Source: the human T2T-CHM13v2.0 reference genome, Homo sapiens. Taken from it: a stretch of 64,000 nucleotides of DNA. A program made the translations under genes and the position numbers. Positions 29,871 to 46,914 of the stretch are shown one piece after another. The DNA is taken from assembly GCF_009914755.1 (NCBI RefSeq), contig NC_060927.1; one strand, given 5' to 3'. The stretch's first letter is position 1, and every line of letters starts with the position of its first letter. The notes below the pieces were generated by a model. The model saw only the letters and a program-made list of their open reading frames with translations, was not told the DNA's origin and made no database searches.

Positions 29871-32800
29871 TAATGATAGTAATATAATTCATTTATAGGT
29901 ACATACGTATTTAGAAAAGGAATAAAAATATAGATTGCATATGCACCAAATCAGTAAGAACAATTTCCTCAGAAGAGGGAATTGGGGTTTGGGATGATAT
30001 CACACAACAGTATGTATAATATTTTATTTTTTAAAACATGAAGTACATTTCTTATAATATTATCATTTATAATTTCAGTATGGTGGGCTTGTAGGTGTTT
30101 ATATTTTTGCTGGTCTTAAACCAACCAAAAGTAAATATACAAACAGAACAGAAAAAAAATCACATGGTGCTCTTTATAATATTTAATAAATGGTACTAAT
30201 TCAATGTATCTAACCCTGTGTAGGGTATTAACAATGTCAAGGATAACATTTAGTCCAAGCTTCCAAGGAGCAACTGATATCTAAAGACACACACACACAC
30301 ACAAGCAATTACAAGAGTAAGTATAAACTTTTATGAAAACACGTATAAAGAAGATATTTCTTTTTGTTAGAAAAGGGAAGTCAAGAAAAACTGCAAAGAA
30401 GAAAAACATTTTAGATTGGCCATTCAGAAAGAGTAGGATGTTCGGGAATGGGGGAGAGCATGAATAAAGGCATAGAGATATAAAACAAGTAGACATTTTA
30501 AATAACAGCACAATGTATTGTGTGATTGGATTATCAATTGGATTATAAACTGGGTATGCATTATAAATTGGGTATGGATTATAAAGGTAAATGACAGAAA
30601 ATAGACCTGGAAATTGGGGATAGTTAATAAAAAGCCCAGAACATCATATTAAGGGGTTTGGGGTACAGATGTACATCTCAGTAAAATAATGCTGTTGCTG
30701 ATATGGAGGATGATTGAATTGATGTGAATCTGGAGAAAGGAATACAAGAATCTAGGTAAGAGAGACCCATCATTCATTACTAGATGATGGTCAATATCCA
30801 GTGAGTCACTTCTACATCACATACTACAAATATAGCCTCAACATTTCAGAAATGAACTGAAGGTCAGAACTAGAATTATTACCCTGATGGTGGCTGGTGG
30901 CAACCTCGGAGAGAAGCTAATATTAGCCTCAAAACAATCAGAAAAATTGGGTACAAAACTGCTCTTTACCCAATAGAGAAAGCTTTCTATTGACCATCTA
31001 TTACTCATATAAAGAATAAATATATAATCAACACTCCCCAGGCAAAGAAGGTTCATTTGTTTGTGAAGCAAAACCAGCTTTCTTGGATGGTTGTACTGTA
31101 AACAAGAGCCCCTTTTAACTACACGCTTAAGAGTCTGTTGAACCTGCCAAAGGGCGGGTCACCTTGGCTGGAGTAATAATGCAGACTGGCTCCTCCACAG
31201 GAAAATTAGGGATTTGCAAAAAACCACCAAAGACCCTGAAAGCATTTGTGTGAGTGACCTACATATTTGCTGGAGTGACATTCTGGATGGAGACAGAGTT
31301 TTTTCTTTGCTCTCATTCTCACCCCACTCTCCCTACCTTGTGGAGACAACATTGGTCTCAATGTCAGAGGCCTTTAAGTTAGTTTTACTAATACCTTTTC
31401 ATCCCGTTAGAGTTTAGAAACTTGCTTCTCCTCTCAGGAATCCAGGGCCCTCATCTGAGAGTAAATTTTTTTTTTTTTAATTTCTCTCAACTGACTGCAT
31501 CTTGACCTTGGAGCAGAGAATATGATAACTACATTACTCAGTAGTTTTATTCATCACGCTGATTCAGTGGTCTTTCAAATCCTTTCCACTAATTCGTGCA
31601 AAGGAAGCACCATTCTGAAAAATATGTGCCTGAAAAACATGCCTATTTACCTTCTAGCCTTTCAGGGGAATAATGATCTAAAACATGGCCACTGATCTTC
31701 AGAGTACCAGGGAAAGAGCAATAGTTCAAGGCCCAATTAGATGAAGACGAGTGCAGCTCAGCTGACCCTAAAGGTCTGAGATCTTGAGTCTCAGTGACTC
31801 TCCCTGGCTTTTTCTACACTGCTCAAGGCAGAGGCTTCCTGTAGAATTCCTTCAGGGACAAATTAGGTGCTTGGCTACTACCTTGTACTATTTTTATGTT
31901 TCTTGTTCTGTTTCTAACATCTGGTCCAATCAGATAATCTTCTCTAATTTGATGATGTTGGAGGCCTTACCCATCTTACATCTCAGAGGTTTGTGAGTGA
32001 ATTCAAGGTAAGGTCTGTGCTTCTCTTTAAAGAAATAATTTGGAACGCATAATGTAAAGGTCTTTTCAAGATCCACATTCTCACTCTTGCCAAGGGCTTT
32101 CATCTCTATGCTTGGGAGATGGAAAGCAATGTGGAAAATTTTGATAAAGGTCTTTTATTAACTGTGAAACCGGGGGTGAATTATTTACTTTACAGGATCT
32201 TCAATTTATTTGTAACTAAAATCAGAGACTAAGTGCTCACTTACAAAATTGTTACCATCGTCACTTGAAGGATAAAGTTTGTGTAAGAGCTCTTGAAGTA
32301 AAAGAGATGTTCAGTACACAGTAGTTCATGTTACTATGCTACTCAGGGTAATCAACCAAGAAAAAAGTGCTATTGCGTTTTAGTATTAATAGCAACTTCA
32401 AACTTGAAAACTGAATTTTTGCAAGTCATTCTTCTTTCAGTTTTCTTTTGAAGACAAGGAATAACATTGTTGTGAATAGGTTATAGTAGGTGAGAACGGG
32501 GTAGAAGTGGGAGGTGGGATGGGGAGCCTACTTTCTTATTTATTGGTCTCCTCATCTGACTACACCATGACTGCTGTCATGCATCACACACTTATGCTTT
32601 GTACCTTTCTCTTTCCATTCATCTCGTTTACAAAAAGATAACTTTATTATTATGCTGTGTTCACACCTGAGTAGACAAACATGGCTGAAGAAAAACATGG
32701 GCTCACTTTATATTTACAACTCACGTTAGATATACAACACAAACCTCAGATGTAACCTCAGGGCTACTAAGCAATTCACTGAGGTCTCATGATTTAATAT

Positions 32801-33073
32801 ATTCTCCTCTCTTTAGACATCTATTTAATATTTTTCCCATATCTGAAAACCTTGCTTACCTTCTCACCGGTAGCGCAGGACTTTGTTTTACAGATTCACC
32901 TGAAAAAAATAGAAGTAATTAGAAGAGAGTTTCCTCATCTTCCCTCCAGCAAACTGTAGCTGAGCTACATCAGAATTCATATTCTGTGCTGTACTTTCTG
33001 TTAAAATGATGAGCTATATCCCTTTTCCGAATTAAGATCAGAATTTTCACTTGTGTTCTGAAATCTACTTCTT

Positions 33074-33388
33074 GGCCAGGTGCAGTGGCTCACGCCTGTA
33101 TTCCTATAACTTTGGGAGGCTGAGGTGGCTGGATCACTTGAGGTCAGGAGTTCGAGACCAGCCTGGCCAACATAGTGAAACCTCATCTCTACTAAAAATA
33201 CAAAAATTAACCAGGCATGGTGGTATGTGCCAGTAGTCCCAGCCACTCAGGAGGCTGAGGCAGGAGAATTGCTTGAACCCCAGAGGCAAGGCTGCAGTGA
33301 CCTGAGATCACACTACTGCACTCCAGCCTGGGCAACAGAGTGAGACTCTGTCTCAAAAAAAAAGAAAGAAAGAAAAAAGAAAAGAAAG
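33074..33388 (+). mobile_element. Alu (AluS)
   Basis: Dimer with (AAAG)n tail; TSD GAAATCTACTT. Confidence 0.95.
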
Positions 33389-33884
33389 AAATCTACTTGT
33401 TATTATCTTCTCAAGGGCTTTATTCTTACATCATAAATGTTATACTTCCTCTAAAATAATTTCTGTCAACATAAACGTGCTGTAATATATTTTACCTTTA
33501 AAAAACCCTAATGGATTTGATGTTTTCTGCTCTTCAGAAAGTAGTCCATACATTCTACCTTTACCTTTTTCCTCCTGTTAACTCCAAACACACTCTAATC
33601 AGGAATCCCTTCCACTCTACACTGAATCCACTTACCAAAGTTACCAACAAGCCTCATGAACCAAATCCAGTCATCAGTTCCCAGTCTTTATGTTATTTAA
33701 CTTAGAAGCAGCATTACCAGAGTGCATTATTCCTGCTTTGATATGCTTCCTTTTTTTTTTTTTCATTTTTCAATGCCTTGTCAGTTAGGCAAAAGATTCT
33801 AAGTTCATAGGGGCATCATTTCATAGTCGCTTTACATGTAAATTTCCATAGGGAAAGATCTTTCTCAAAAAAATTATTAACGTG

Positions 33885-34955
33885 TGTTGTGGGAAGTCAG
33901 GGACCCCAAACGGAGGGACCGGCTGAAGCCACGGCAGAAGAACGTGGATTGTGAAGATTTTATGGACATTTATTAGTTCCCCAAATTAATACTTTTATAA
34001 TTTCTTATGCCTGTCTTTACTGCAGTCTCTAAACATAAATTGTAAAGATTTCATGGACACTTATCACTTCCCCAATCAATACCCTTGTGATTTCCTATGC
34101 CTGTCTTTACTTTAATCTCTTAATCCTGTCAGCTGAGGAGGATGTATGTCGCCTCAGGACCCTGTAATAATTGCATTAACTGCACAAATTGTACAGCATG
34201 TGTGTTCGAACAATATGAAATGTGGGCACCTTGAAAAAAGAACAGGATAATAGCAATTGTTCAGGGAATAAGAGAGATAACCTTAAACTCTGACCGCCGG
34301 TGAGCCAGGTGGAACAGAGCCATATTTTCTCTTCTTTCAAAAGCAAATGGGAGAAATATCGCTGAATTCTTTTTCTCAGCATGGAACATCCCTGAGAAAG
34401 AGAATATGCGCCTGGAGGTATAGGCTTATAAACAGCCCCCCCAGGTGCGCCTGTCTCTTATGGTCGAAACTGCAGAAATGAAATAGACTCCAGTCTCCCA
34501 TAGTGCTCCCAGGCTTATTAGGAAGAGGAAATTCCCGCCTAATAAATTTAGTCAGAACGGTTGATCTCAGAACCCTGTTTCCTGATAAGATGTTATCAAT
34601 GACAATGGTGCCTGAAGCTTCATTAGCAATTTTAATTTCGCCTCAGTCCTGTGGTCCTGTGATCTCGCCCTGCCTCCACTTGCCTTGTGATATTCTATTA
34701 CCCTGTTAAGTACTTGATGTCTGTCACCCACACCTATTCGCACACTCCCTCCCCTTTTGAAAATCCCTAATAAAAACTTGCTGGTTTTTGTGGCTTGTGG
34801 GGCATCACGGAACGTACCGACATGTGGTGTCTCCCTTGGACACCCAGCTTTAAAATTTCTCTCTTTTGTACTCTGTCCCTTTATTTCTCAAGCCGGCCGA
34901 CGCTTAGGAAAAATAGAAAAGAACTTCTGTGAATATTGGGGCAGATTCCCCGATA
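33885..34955 (+). mobile_element. Solo MER11 LTR (HERV-K HML-8; MER11C-like)
   Basis: TGTTGTGGGAAGTCAGGGACCCC...ATTCCCCGATA termini, 1071 bp, family-typical internal AAGATTT.ATGGACA duplication; decayed 6-bp TSD AACGTG/GACTTG. Confidence 0.9.
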
Positions 34956-35031
34956 GACTTGGCTTTTTTTCTGAGTAAGCAGTGATATCCAATCTGTTTT
35001 CGGGGAAATAAACAAACTTTAAGAGAGTTGG

Positions 35032-35327
35032 GGCTGGGCATGGTGACTCACTTCTGTAATCTCAGCACTTTGGGAAGCCGAGGCGGGAGGATCACTTGAG
35101 GTCAGGAGTTCGTGATCAGCCTGGCCAGCACGGTGAAACCCTGCCACTACTAAAAGTAAAAATTAGCCAGGCATGGTTGTGCACACCTGTAATCCCAGCT
35201 ACTCAGGAGGCTGAGGCACAAGAATTGCTTGAACCCGGGAAGCGGAGATGACAGTGAGCTGAGATTATGCCACTGCACTCCAGCCTGAGGGACAGCGAGA
35301 CTCTGTCTCAAAAAAAAAAAAAAAAAA
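35032..35327 (+). mobile_element. Alu (AluS)
   Basis: Dimer with poly(A); TSD TTAAGAGAG. Confidence 0.95.
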
Positions 35328-35361
35328 TTAAGAGAGCGGTACTGAGAAAAGTACCACCAGC

Positions 35362-35363
35362 AT

Positions 35364-35402
<39 letters not shown>

Positions 35403-35682
35403 GAAGGAGTCTTGCTCTGTTGCCCAGGCTGGAGTGCAGTGGAGCGATCTTGGCTCACTGCAACTTCCACCTCCTGGGTTCAAGTGATTCTTCTGCCTCA
35501 GCCTCCTGAGTCACTGGGACTACAGGCATGCACCACCACACCCAGCTAATCTTTGTATTTTTAGTAGAGACAGGGTTTTGCCATGTTGGTCAGGCTTATC
35601 TTGAACTCCTGGCCTCAAGTTATCCATCTGCCTTGACCTCCCAAAGTGTTGGGATTACAGGCAAGAGCCACCCCAGCTGGCC
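35362..35682 (-). mobile_element. Alu (AluS/J) with (ATTT)n tail
   Basis: Reverse Alu, tail-to-tail with the previous Alu. Confidence 0.95.
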
Positions 35683-36174
35683 CATTTAAGTCTTTAATCC
35701 ATGTTAAGACGGTTTTTGTATATGGTGTGAGAAAGGGGCTTTTCTAGTTCTTTTACATGCATTACTAAGTTATCGGCTGGAAGTTTTCTAATTTTTGGAT
35801 GTAGGTGCTTATGGCTATGCATTGACCTCTTAGTATTGCTTTCACTGTATTCCATAGGTTTTCATATGTTGTAGTTCCATTTTCATTTGTTTCAAGAAAT
35901 TTTTAAATTTTCTTCTTAATTTCTTCATCGACCCACTGGTCATTCAGGAGCATATTGTTTAATTTCCGTGTATTTGTAGAGTTTCCAAAATTCTTCTTGT
36001 TTTATTCCATTGTAGTCAGGGAAGATACTTGACATTATTTCAAGTTTTTTTAATTTTTAAAGACCCATTTTGTGGCTTAACGTACGGTCTTTCCTTTAGA
36101 GTGATCTACCTGCTGAGAAGAATGTGTATTCTGCAAGTATTGGATGAAATGATCTATAAATATCTATTATATCC

Positions 36175-36922
36175 CGTATTAGTAAGGGTTCTCTAGAGAA
36201 ACAGAACTAATAGGATATATATATATGAGTATATATGAGTTTATTAAGTGTTTTTTTTTGTTTTTTTTTTTTTGAGTCTTGCTCTATTGCCCAGGCTGCA
36301 GTGCAGTGGCACAATCTTGGCTCACTGCAACCACTACCTTCCAAGTTCAAGCCATTCTCCTGCCTCAGCCTCTCGAGTAACCGAGATTACAGGCATGCAC
36401 CACCACACCCAGCTAATTTTTGTATTTTTAGTAGAGACAGGGTTTCACCACGTTGGCCAGGCTGCTCTTGAGCTCCCGACCTCAAGTAATCTGCCTGCCT
36501 CGGCCTCCCAAAGTGCTGGGATTATAGGCGTGAGCCACTGCGCCCGGCCTATTAAATATTAACTTACACAATCACAAGGTCCCACAATAGGTTGTCTGCA
36601 AGCTTGAGGAGCAAGGAGGGCCAGTCCAAGTCCCAAAACTGAAGAACTTGGAGTCCGATATTCAAGGGCAGGAAGCATCCAGCATCGGAGAAAGATGTAG
36701 GCTGAGAGGCTAGGCCAGTCTTATCTTTTCACGTTTTTATGCCTGCTTTATATTCAGTGGAAGCTGATTAGATGATGCCCACCAGATTAAGGCAGGTCTG
36801 CCTTCCTCAGCTCACTGACTCAAAGGTTAATCTCTTTCGGCAACACCCACACAGACAGGCCCAGAATTAATACTCTGTATCTTTCAATCCAATCAAGATG
36901 ACATTCAGTATTAACCATCACA
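36175..36922 (-). mobile_element. MLT2A1-like ERVL solo LTR, interrupted by an Alu
   Basis: Minus strand starts TGTGATGGTTAATACTGAATGTCATCTTGATTGGATTGAAAG and ends CTAGAGAACCCTTACTAATACG; splits contiguous L1 sequence. Confidence 0.88.
36251..36549 (-). mobile_element. Alu (AluS) inside MLT2A
   Basis: Reverse Alu; TSD TATTAAGTGTT / TATTAAATATT. Confidence 0.95.
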
Positions 36923-37722
36923 GGTCCATTTGGTTTATAGTGCAGATTAAGTCTGATGTTTCTTCGCTGATTTTCTGGCTAGATTATCTGTTCAATGCTC
37001 AAAGTGGAATGTTGAAGTCTCCAGCTATTATTGCATTGGGGTATACCTCTCTTTAGCTCTAATAATATTTGCTTTATATATCTGGATGCTCCCGTGTTGA
37101 GTGCATATATTTTTATAATTCTTATATCCTGTGGCTAAGTTGACCCCTTTGTTATTATATAATGACTTTCTTTTTTTTTTTAATAGTTTTTTGTTTTCAC
37201 ATGTATTTTGTCTAAGTATAGCTACCCCTGCTCTTTCTTGATTTCTATTTGCGTGGAATATTTTTTTCCAACTCTTTATTTTCAGTCTATGTATGTCTTT
37301 ATAGGTAGGGAGTGTTTCTTGTAGGCCACAGATTATTATTCTTTAAATCCATTCAGCCACTCTATGCCTTTTAATTGGAGAGTTTATTCCATTTATACTC
37401 AATGTTATTATTGATAATTAAGGACCCCTGCCATTTTTTTTTTTTTTTTTACTGTTTCATGGCCTTTTCTTCCTTTGTTCTTTTCTTCCTGTCTTCACTT
37501 TAGTGAAGATGATTTTCTCAGTAGGTTTGTTTTAATTTCTTGCCTTTTATATTCTGTGTGTTTTGTTTTGTTTTGTTTTTTTTTTTGATTTGAGGTTATC
37601 ATGAGGCTTGCAGATAATATCCTATAACTCATTATATTAAAGTGAAGAAAACCTAGCACTGATTATATAAACAAACAACTAGCAAACACTCAAAGAGAAA
37701 ACTAATAAAAACTCTGCACTTT

Positions 37723-37829
37723 AAAAATATGGACTACTTCACATAATTGCATGTTATTCTTTGACAGGGGTCATGGTAATCATCTCTGTATGATTCTACT
37801 TTTATTATATGTGGTGCCAACATAAACAC
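37723..37829 (-). pseudogene. RNU6: Full-length U6 snRNA retropseudogene
   Basis: 107 nt, ungapped against U6, about 80/107 identical by hand count; ACAGAGA box intact, AGC triad mutated, ends in 5 T. Confidence 0.92.
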
Positions 37830-38843
37830 TCAATTATTTATGTAAGTAAATTAAATTCTCCAATCAAAAGACCTAGGGTGGCTGAATGGATTAAATAGCA
37901 ATTTACAACAATATAATTCCTGCAAGAGACTCACTTTAGCCTCAAGGAAAAACATAGCCTGAAAGTGAAGGGATGGCATAAGATATTCCATGCAAATGAC
38001 AACCAAAAGAGAGCAGAAGTGGCTGTACTTAACAGTAGACAAAATAGACTTTCAGTCAAAACAGATGAAGAAAGTCACTATAAAAAGAGGTCAATTAATC
38101 AAGAGCATATAACTATTGTAAATATATAAGCATCCAACTTCAGAGCACCTACATACATAAATCAAATATTAACAGAACTTAAGGGAGAAGTAGATAGCAA
38201 TACAATAGTAGACTTCAGTACCCCGCTGTCAACAATGGATAAGTTATTCACTCAGAAAATCAGCAAGGAAACAGCAGACTTGAATACCACAATAGATCAA
38301 ATGTCCTAACTGATAAATACAAAACATTACATCCAATAGCAGCAGAGTAAACATTCTTCTCAAGCTTACATGGAACATTCTCCAGGATAGATAATATGTT
38401 AGGCCACAAAACAAGTCTTAACAAATTTAGGAAGATTGAAATCATATCAAGTATCTTTTCCAACCACAATGTTATGAAACTAAAAATCAATAACAGGAGG
38501 AACTTTGGAAAATTAAAACATATGTGGAAATTAAACATACTCCTCAATAACCAAATTACTTTTTCTGGTCAGAGAAGAAATCAAAAGACAATGAAAATGG
38601 ACTCACAACACATCAAAACTTATGGAGTGCAGCAAAAAGCTTCATTCCCTATGGGGGAAATTTACAGTGATAAATGCCTACATCATGAAAAAGAAAGGTA
38701 GAAAGAAAGAAAGAAAGGAGCAACCTTACTTTATACCTCAAGAAACTAGAAAAATAGAGAAAATATGAATCTAAAATTGACAAGAAGAAGGAAGTAAAAA
38801 TTAGAGCAGAAATAAATGAAATAGAGATTAGAAAAACAATTTA

Positions 38844-42251
<3,408 letters not shown>

Positions 42252-43161
42252 AAAAGCAATTTAAAAATCAACAAAACTGAGTTGGTTTCTTTTAAAATTA
42301 ACAACATTATCAAACCTTTAGCTAGACTAACCAAGAAAGAAGAGAGAAGCCTCGAATAAATGAAACCGAAAATGAAAGAGAAGATGATACAACTGATACC
42401 TCAGAAACACAAAGGATCGTAAGTGACTATTGTGAACAATTATACTCCTAATTTCTAGAGAGCAAAGTAGCAATTATGTCTTTATTAACTAGGACTAAAT
42501 GTTCAATTACCCCATATGGTAATATACTTGAAAGAAGGATCATTGTGTGTTAATTGTTCTTGGCCAGAATATCAGGTGATGGAGAATAGTCATATCATCT
42601 TAAGAGAGTTGACGGCAGTAAGAAAAACATATTAACCAATTTTATTAATTAATATAACATTATAATTTTTGATTTTACTACCATTTATAGTTTCAATGGC
42701 TGTCATTTTAAAATGTTTTTATCTCTACACCTGAGGCAGCGTATGTATTTTGGAAAGCAGAATACCATGCTTAGAAGTTAATAATGCAAAATTAGTCACT
42801 TATTAGCTCAGTGACATCTGATGAGTCAATTAACCTCATTGTGCCTCGGTTTTCTCATGCATAAAGGGAAAAATAATAATAGTGGCTTTATCTTATGGAG
42901 ATAATGTAATGTTTTATGGAGTTAACACCAACAAAAATCTTAGAAGTGTGCCTGGCATATAGTAAATGTTACATATACATTAGTTCTAATTATTTGTAGA
43001 GAGAACGTTAGTCTTCTGGTCTTAGCTCTGTTACTCTCTGATTATCTGTAATCTTGGGCAATATATTCTGATCTCTGAGCAGCCTCCATTTTCTTCTGTA
43101 ATATGTGCATAATATTTCTTTATGATGTTTTAATGAGAAGACAGATACAAAACTATACATA

Positions 43162-43494
<333 letters not shown>

Positions 43495-43534
43495 TTAAAA
43501 ATTTATTTATTGCATAGTATAAAAAGAATATGTG

Positions 43535-44225
43535 GTCTCTGGTTCCATCCATGTTGTTTCATATGACTGGATCTCATTCTTTTTTATGGCTGAATAGTAC
43601 TCCATTGTGTATATGTAACACATTTTCTTTATCCAGTCATTTGTTGATGGACACATAGGTTGCTTCCAAATCTTGACTATTGTAAACAGTGCTACAACAA
43701 ACCTAAGAGTGCAGTTATCTCTGATATACCGATACTGATTTCCTTTCTTTTGAGTATATATATACACCCAGCAGTGGGATTGCTGGATCATATTTATGTT
43801 AAGTGAAATAAGTCAGGCACAGAAAGGCAAACACTTCATGTTCTCACTTACATGTAGGAGCTAAAAATCAAAACAATTGAACTCATGGACATAGAAAGTG
43901 GAAGGATGATTATCAGAGGCTGGGAAAGGTAGTGAGGGTATGGGGGAGGTGGAAATGGTTAATGAATAAAACAAAAATAGAAAGAATGAATAAGACCTAG
44001 TATTTGATAGTACAACAGGGTGACTATAGTCAGTAATAACTTAATTGTATGTTTCTAAGAGTGTAATTGTATTGTTTGTAACTCAAAGGATAAATGCTTG
44101 AGGGGATGGCTACCCCATTCTCCATGCCGTGCTGATTTCACATTGCATACCTGTATCAAAACATCTCATGTACCCCATAAATATATACACATCTACTATG
44201 TATCTACAAAAATTAAAAAAAAATT
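43535..44225 (+). mobile_element. L1MA2/3-like 3' end with 5' inversion (43535-43793 inverted; 43794-44225 sense)
   Basis: The two pieces are contiguous in L1 coordinates; TSD AAAAAGAATATGTG / AAAAAGGATGTGTG; A-rich tail. Confidence 0.9.
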
Positions 44226-46914
44226 AAAAAGGATGTGTGAAAATTATGGAGAAGAAAACAAAAAGAACCATCTAACATATAGAGAACAGACCAAATATGA
44301 TATAGTCTTGATTGATAATTTGAGATAGTTTTGTTCCATTCTACCAACCATTTTTTGCTTCCTTCCTTGTTTCTTTCCTCTCTTCCTTCTGCCATCCCTC
44401 TCTTCTTTCTCTCCTTCCTCTTTTCTTCCTCAGTATATTCAATAATTTATCACACATATGCTGAGAAACTATACTCTAACAGGCCCAATGCTAACTACAA
44501 AAGCATTCTCCACCCTTGGGAGAGTTCAGGCAGAGAGTAAAGAACCAGGCACACCGAACATCCATGGATGAATGGGTAACACAGCTAATTTAATCTTCAG
44601 ATTTGAAGTTCCACAAATTAGTGACCTCAGGATAATTTGTGTGGCTTTTAAAAAAATACAAATTTCTAGACCCCACTTCTTGATTCTACCAATAGGAATT
44701 TTGAAAATGAGGGAAGGGAATTGCAGAGAGAAGTGGTCTATATTTTCTAACATTTCACCAAAGAATTCTGATGCAGCAGGTCCACAGACATTGGCCAGTT
44801 TGAAAATTTATTGAAATATCTTATAGTTCGTTCCAATATAGGTATATAATTAATCATTTTTAAAAGATAATTTTACATAAACCAAAAAAAATTGTCATTG
44901 TTGCTTTCTTAATTTCAGCATGTGGGTTTTGTGATATAGGTCCCTTTCATGATTTTCCAAATACAATGTCATCACTCAAAATGTATCAATACTAATCACA
45001 ATAGTAGACAAAGAAACACATTCCAACATCTTCTATACATAGATCTAGAATTTTTGTCCAGTGATATCAATCACCTTGTTCCACAAATCTAAATTTGAGA
45101 TAAATCCTCTTTTTTCGCTTAGGTGGTTTTGTTTCATTGTTATTCCACATCTGAATTAATCCAAGCTGTTGATAACAAAGGAAAGAGGTGAAGAAATATA
45201 AGTTGATTAGCCTAAACCCATTCCTACTGTGAAAAAGAGCATGTAGCCAGCCTGTGAGCAATGGTGAGTAACATCATCATTACTAACAAATATGAGCCAT
45301 TTTTAGGTATTCTAATCTCGGGCTTCAAAGTCTAAAACATTAAAAAATAAAAGAATAAAACCTTTTTGTTTAAAGAAATGCTGGTTTTCTAATGGCACAA
45401 AGGTCAATCATTTGCTTATGTCTAGTAAAAATGAGGATTACATGTTATCTCTTTTAGAACTAGAAAACAAGATTATATTAGAATGCAGATTGTTGGAAAT
45501 GAGGCATTTTTGATGTATCTGTTTAATTCTCTCATTCAACATATGTCTAACCTGTGTGATTTTTCTGTTAAATAATATCTAGGCCAACTAGAAATCTACA
45601 CAATATTTCTAGTCATGATTATTTTCTATGGGTTTCAGAGCAAGTACCAAAAATGTACAAATATCTAAAATTTATTTTTCATTTCTTGAATGCTAAAGCA
45701 TGTGAGCATCTTGGTCTATTATATTTAGTCAAGAATATCTTTCCACTATTTCTGCATTAAACATTAATGAGTAGATTCCTTTGGAAATTTGGCATTTCGT
45801 CCTGAACTAGAATTAGAAAAAGTTTTCTCTTCAAACAACTGGAAACAGCATGTGTTCTGTTTATTGCTTCACATCAAAGCCAGCCTTATAATTCCTTTCT
45901 GATTTTGTCTGGATAAGTTCAAATTAGCTACTACATGACTAGCCCAGACAGCCTTTCATAATCAAAATTGGTTGGCAAATGGTAAGACCTTTGGCTAAAA
46001 CTGTGTTTTCCTGTGCTGTTATTAATTGTCTAGCTTAGAAGAAACTGAGAGTTGTACAGTTGCTTGTTTTCTAATGAAGTTTCTTAAAATCATAAAATGG
46101 TGAAGTATAGTAGAACAACAACAAAAAAGGCTCTCGGAGGATAAATTTCATCCTGTGTTTCTGTGGAAATAATTAGATTTTGGTTGCATTTTTCCCCAAT
46201 CTGTGAGACATGAATGCTTTTGAAAAAAAAATGAGTTATTAGATTAAAATATACTAAAAATTAAGCCCCATGTTTTATTAAATTCAGCAGAAATAAAATT
46301 ACTCTGTCAGAATGCTGTGAAAGGTTTTTAAAAATTTGCTCTCACTTTCTGTACTCATTTAATCTCATATCAGTAACAAAAATTTTCAAAACTGCCATCA
46401 TTCTGCGGGTCATATGTTGAATAGTAGTAATACAGTTGGTTTCCCTCATTTAATATATGGTGTCTCTGAGACTCCTGGAGGACTAATGTTTCTCTCAAAA
46501 TCGCAGAGACAATTGCTGGCAGCAATAGGGCTTGATTTTATGACCTTCAATGCATAGGCCAAAGTACTTTGTAGTAGAGCGGGCTGCCTCAACTACTAAC
46601 TCTTAATGAAGATGTAAGGAGAGCCTAGAAGACTCAAATTCAGGCACCTGTGCAAGTCACTGCCAGAGTTCAAATTGGTTTTCACTCTTGTATAAATTCC
46701 AAAACATGTAGGTGTTGAGTTCCTGGACACTTCCCTCAGAAAATTTGACAGACAAAGAAGTAGTTTGAGCATTTTTAATACAAATTTTATACTTTTATTT
46801 AAAAATTAGAAGCATTAACTCTGTAAAATAATTAACATGGATGCCTGTATAATCATTTAAAATTTTGACTTTGCCTTGGAATTCAAAGCATGGTAAGTTC
46901 ATGTGATTTATGCA

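Larger units (their letters stand above)
35683..37722 (-). mobile_element. L1MA-type fragment (inter-ORF region plus ORF2 endonuclease region), L1 half of a U6/L1 chimera
   Basis: Minus strand reads AAAGTGCAGAGTTTTTATTAGTTTTCTC (inter-ORF), then ATCAATAATAACATTGAG and AGAGTGGCTGAATGGAT (ORF2 start); interrupted by MLT2A. Confidence 0.85.

Noticed and set aside
33940-34110. Internal direct repeats in the MER11 LTR
   Set aside because: Family-wide feature of MER11, not specific to this locus.
37723-37829. Functional U6 snRNA gene
   Set aside because: About 25% diverged, AGC triad mutated, and the upstream sequence is L1 with no recognisable U6 promoter.
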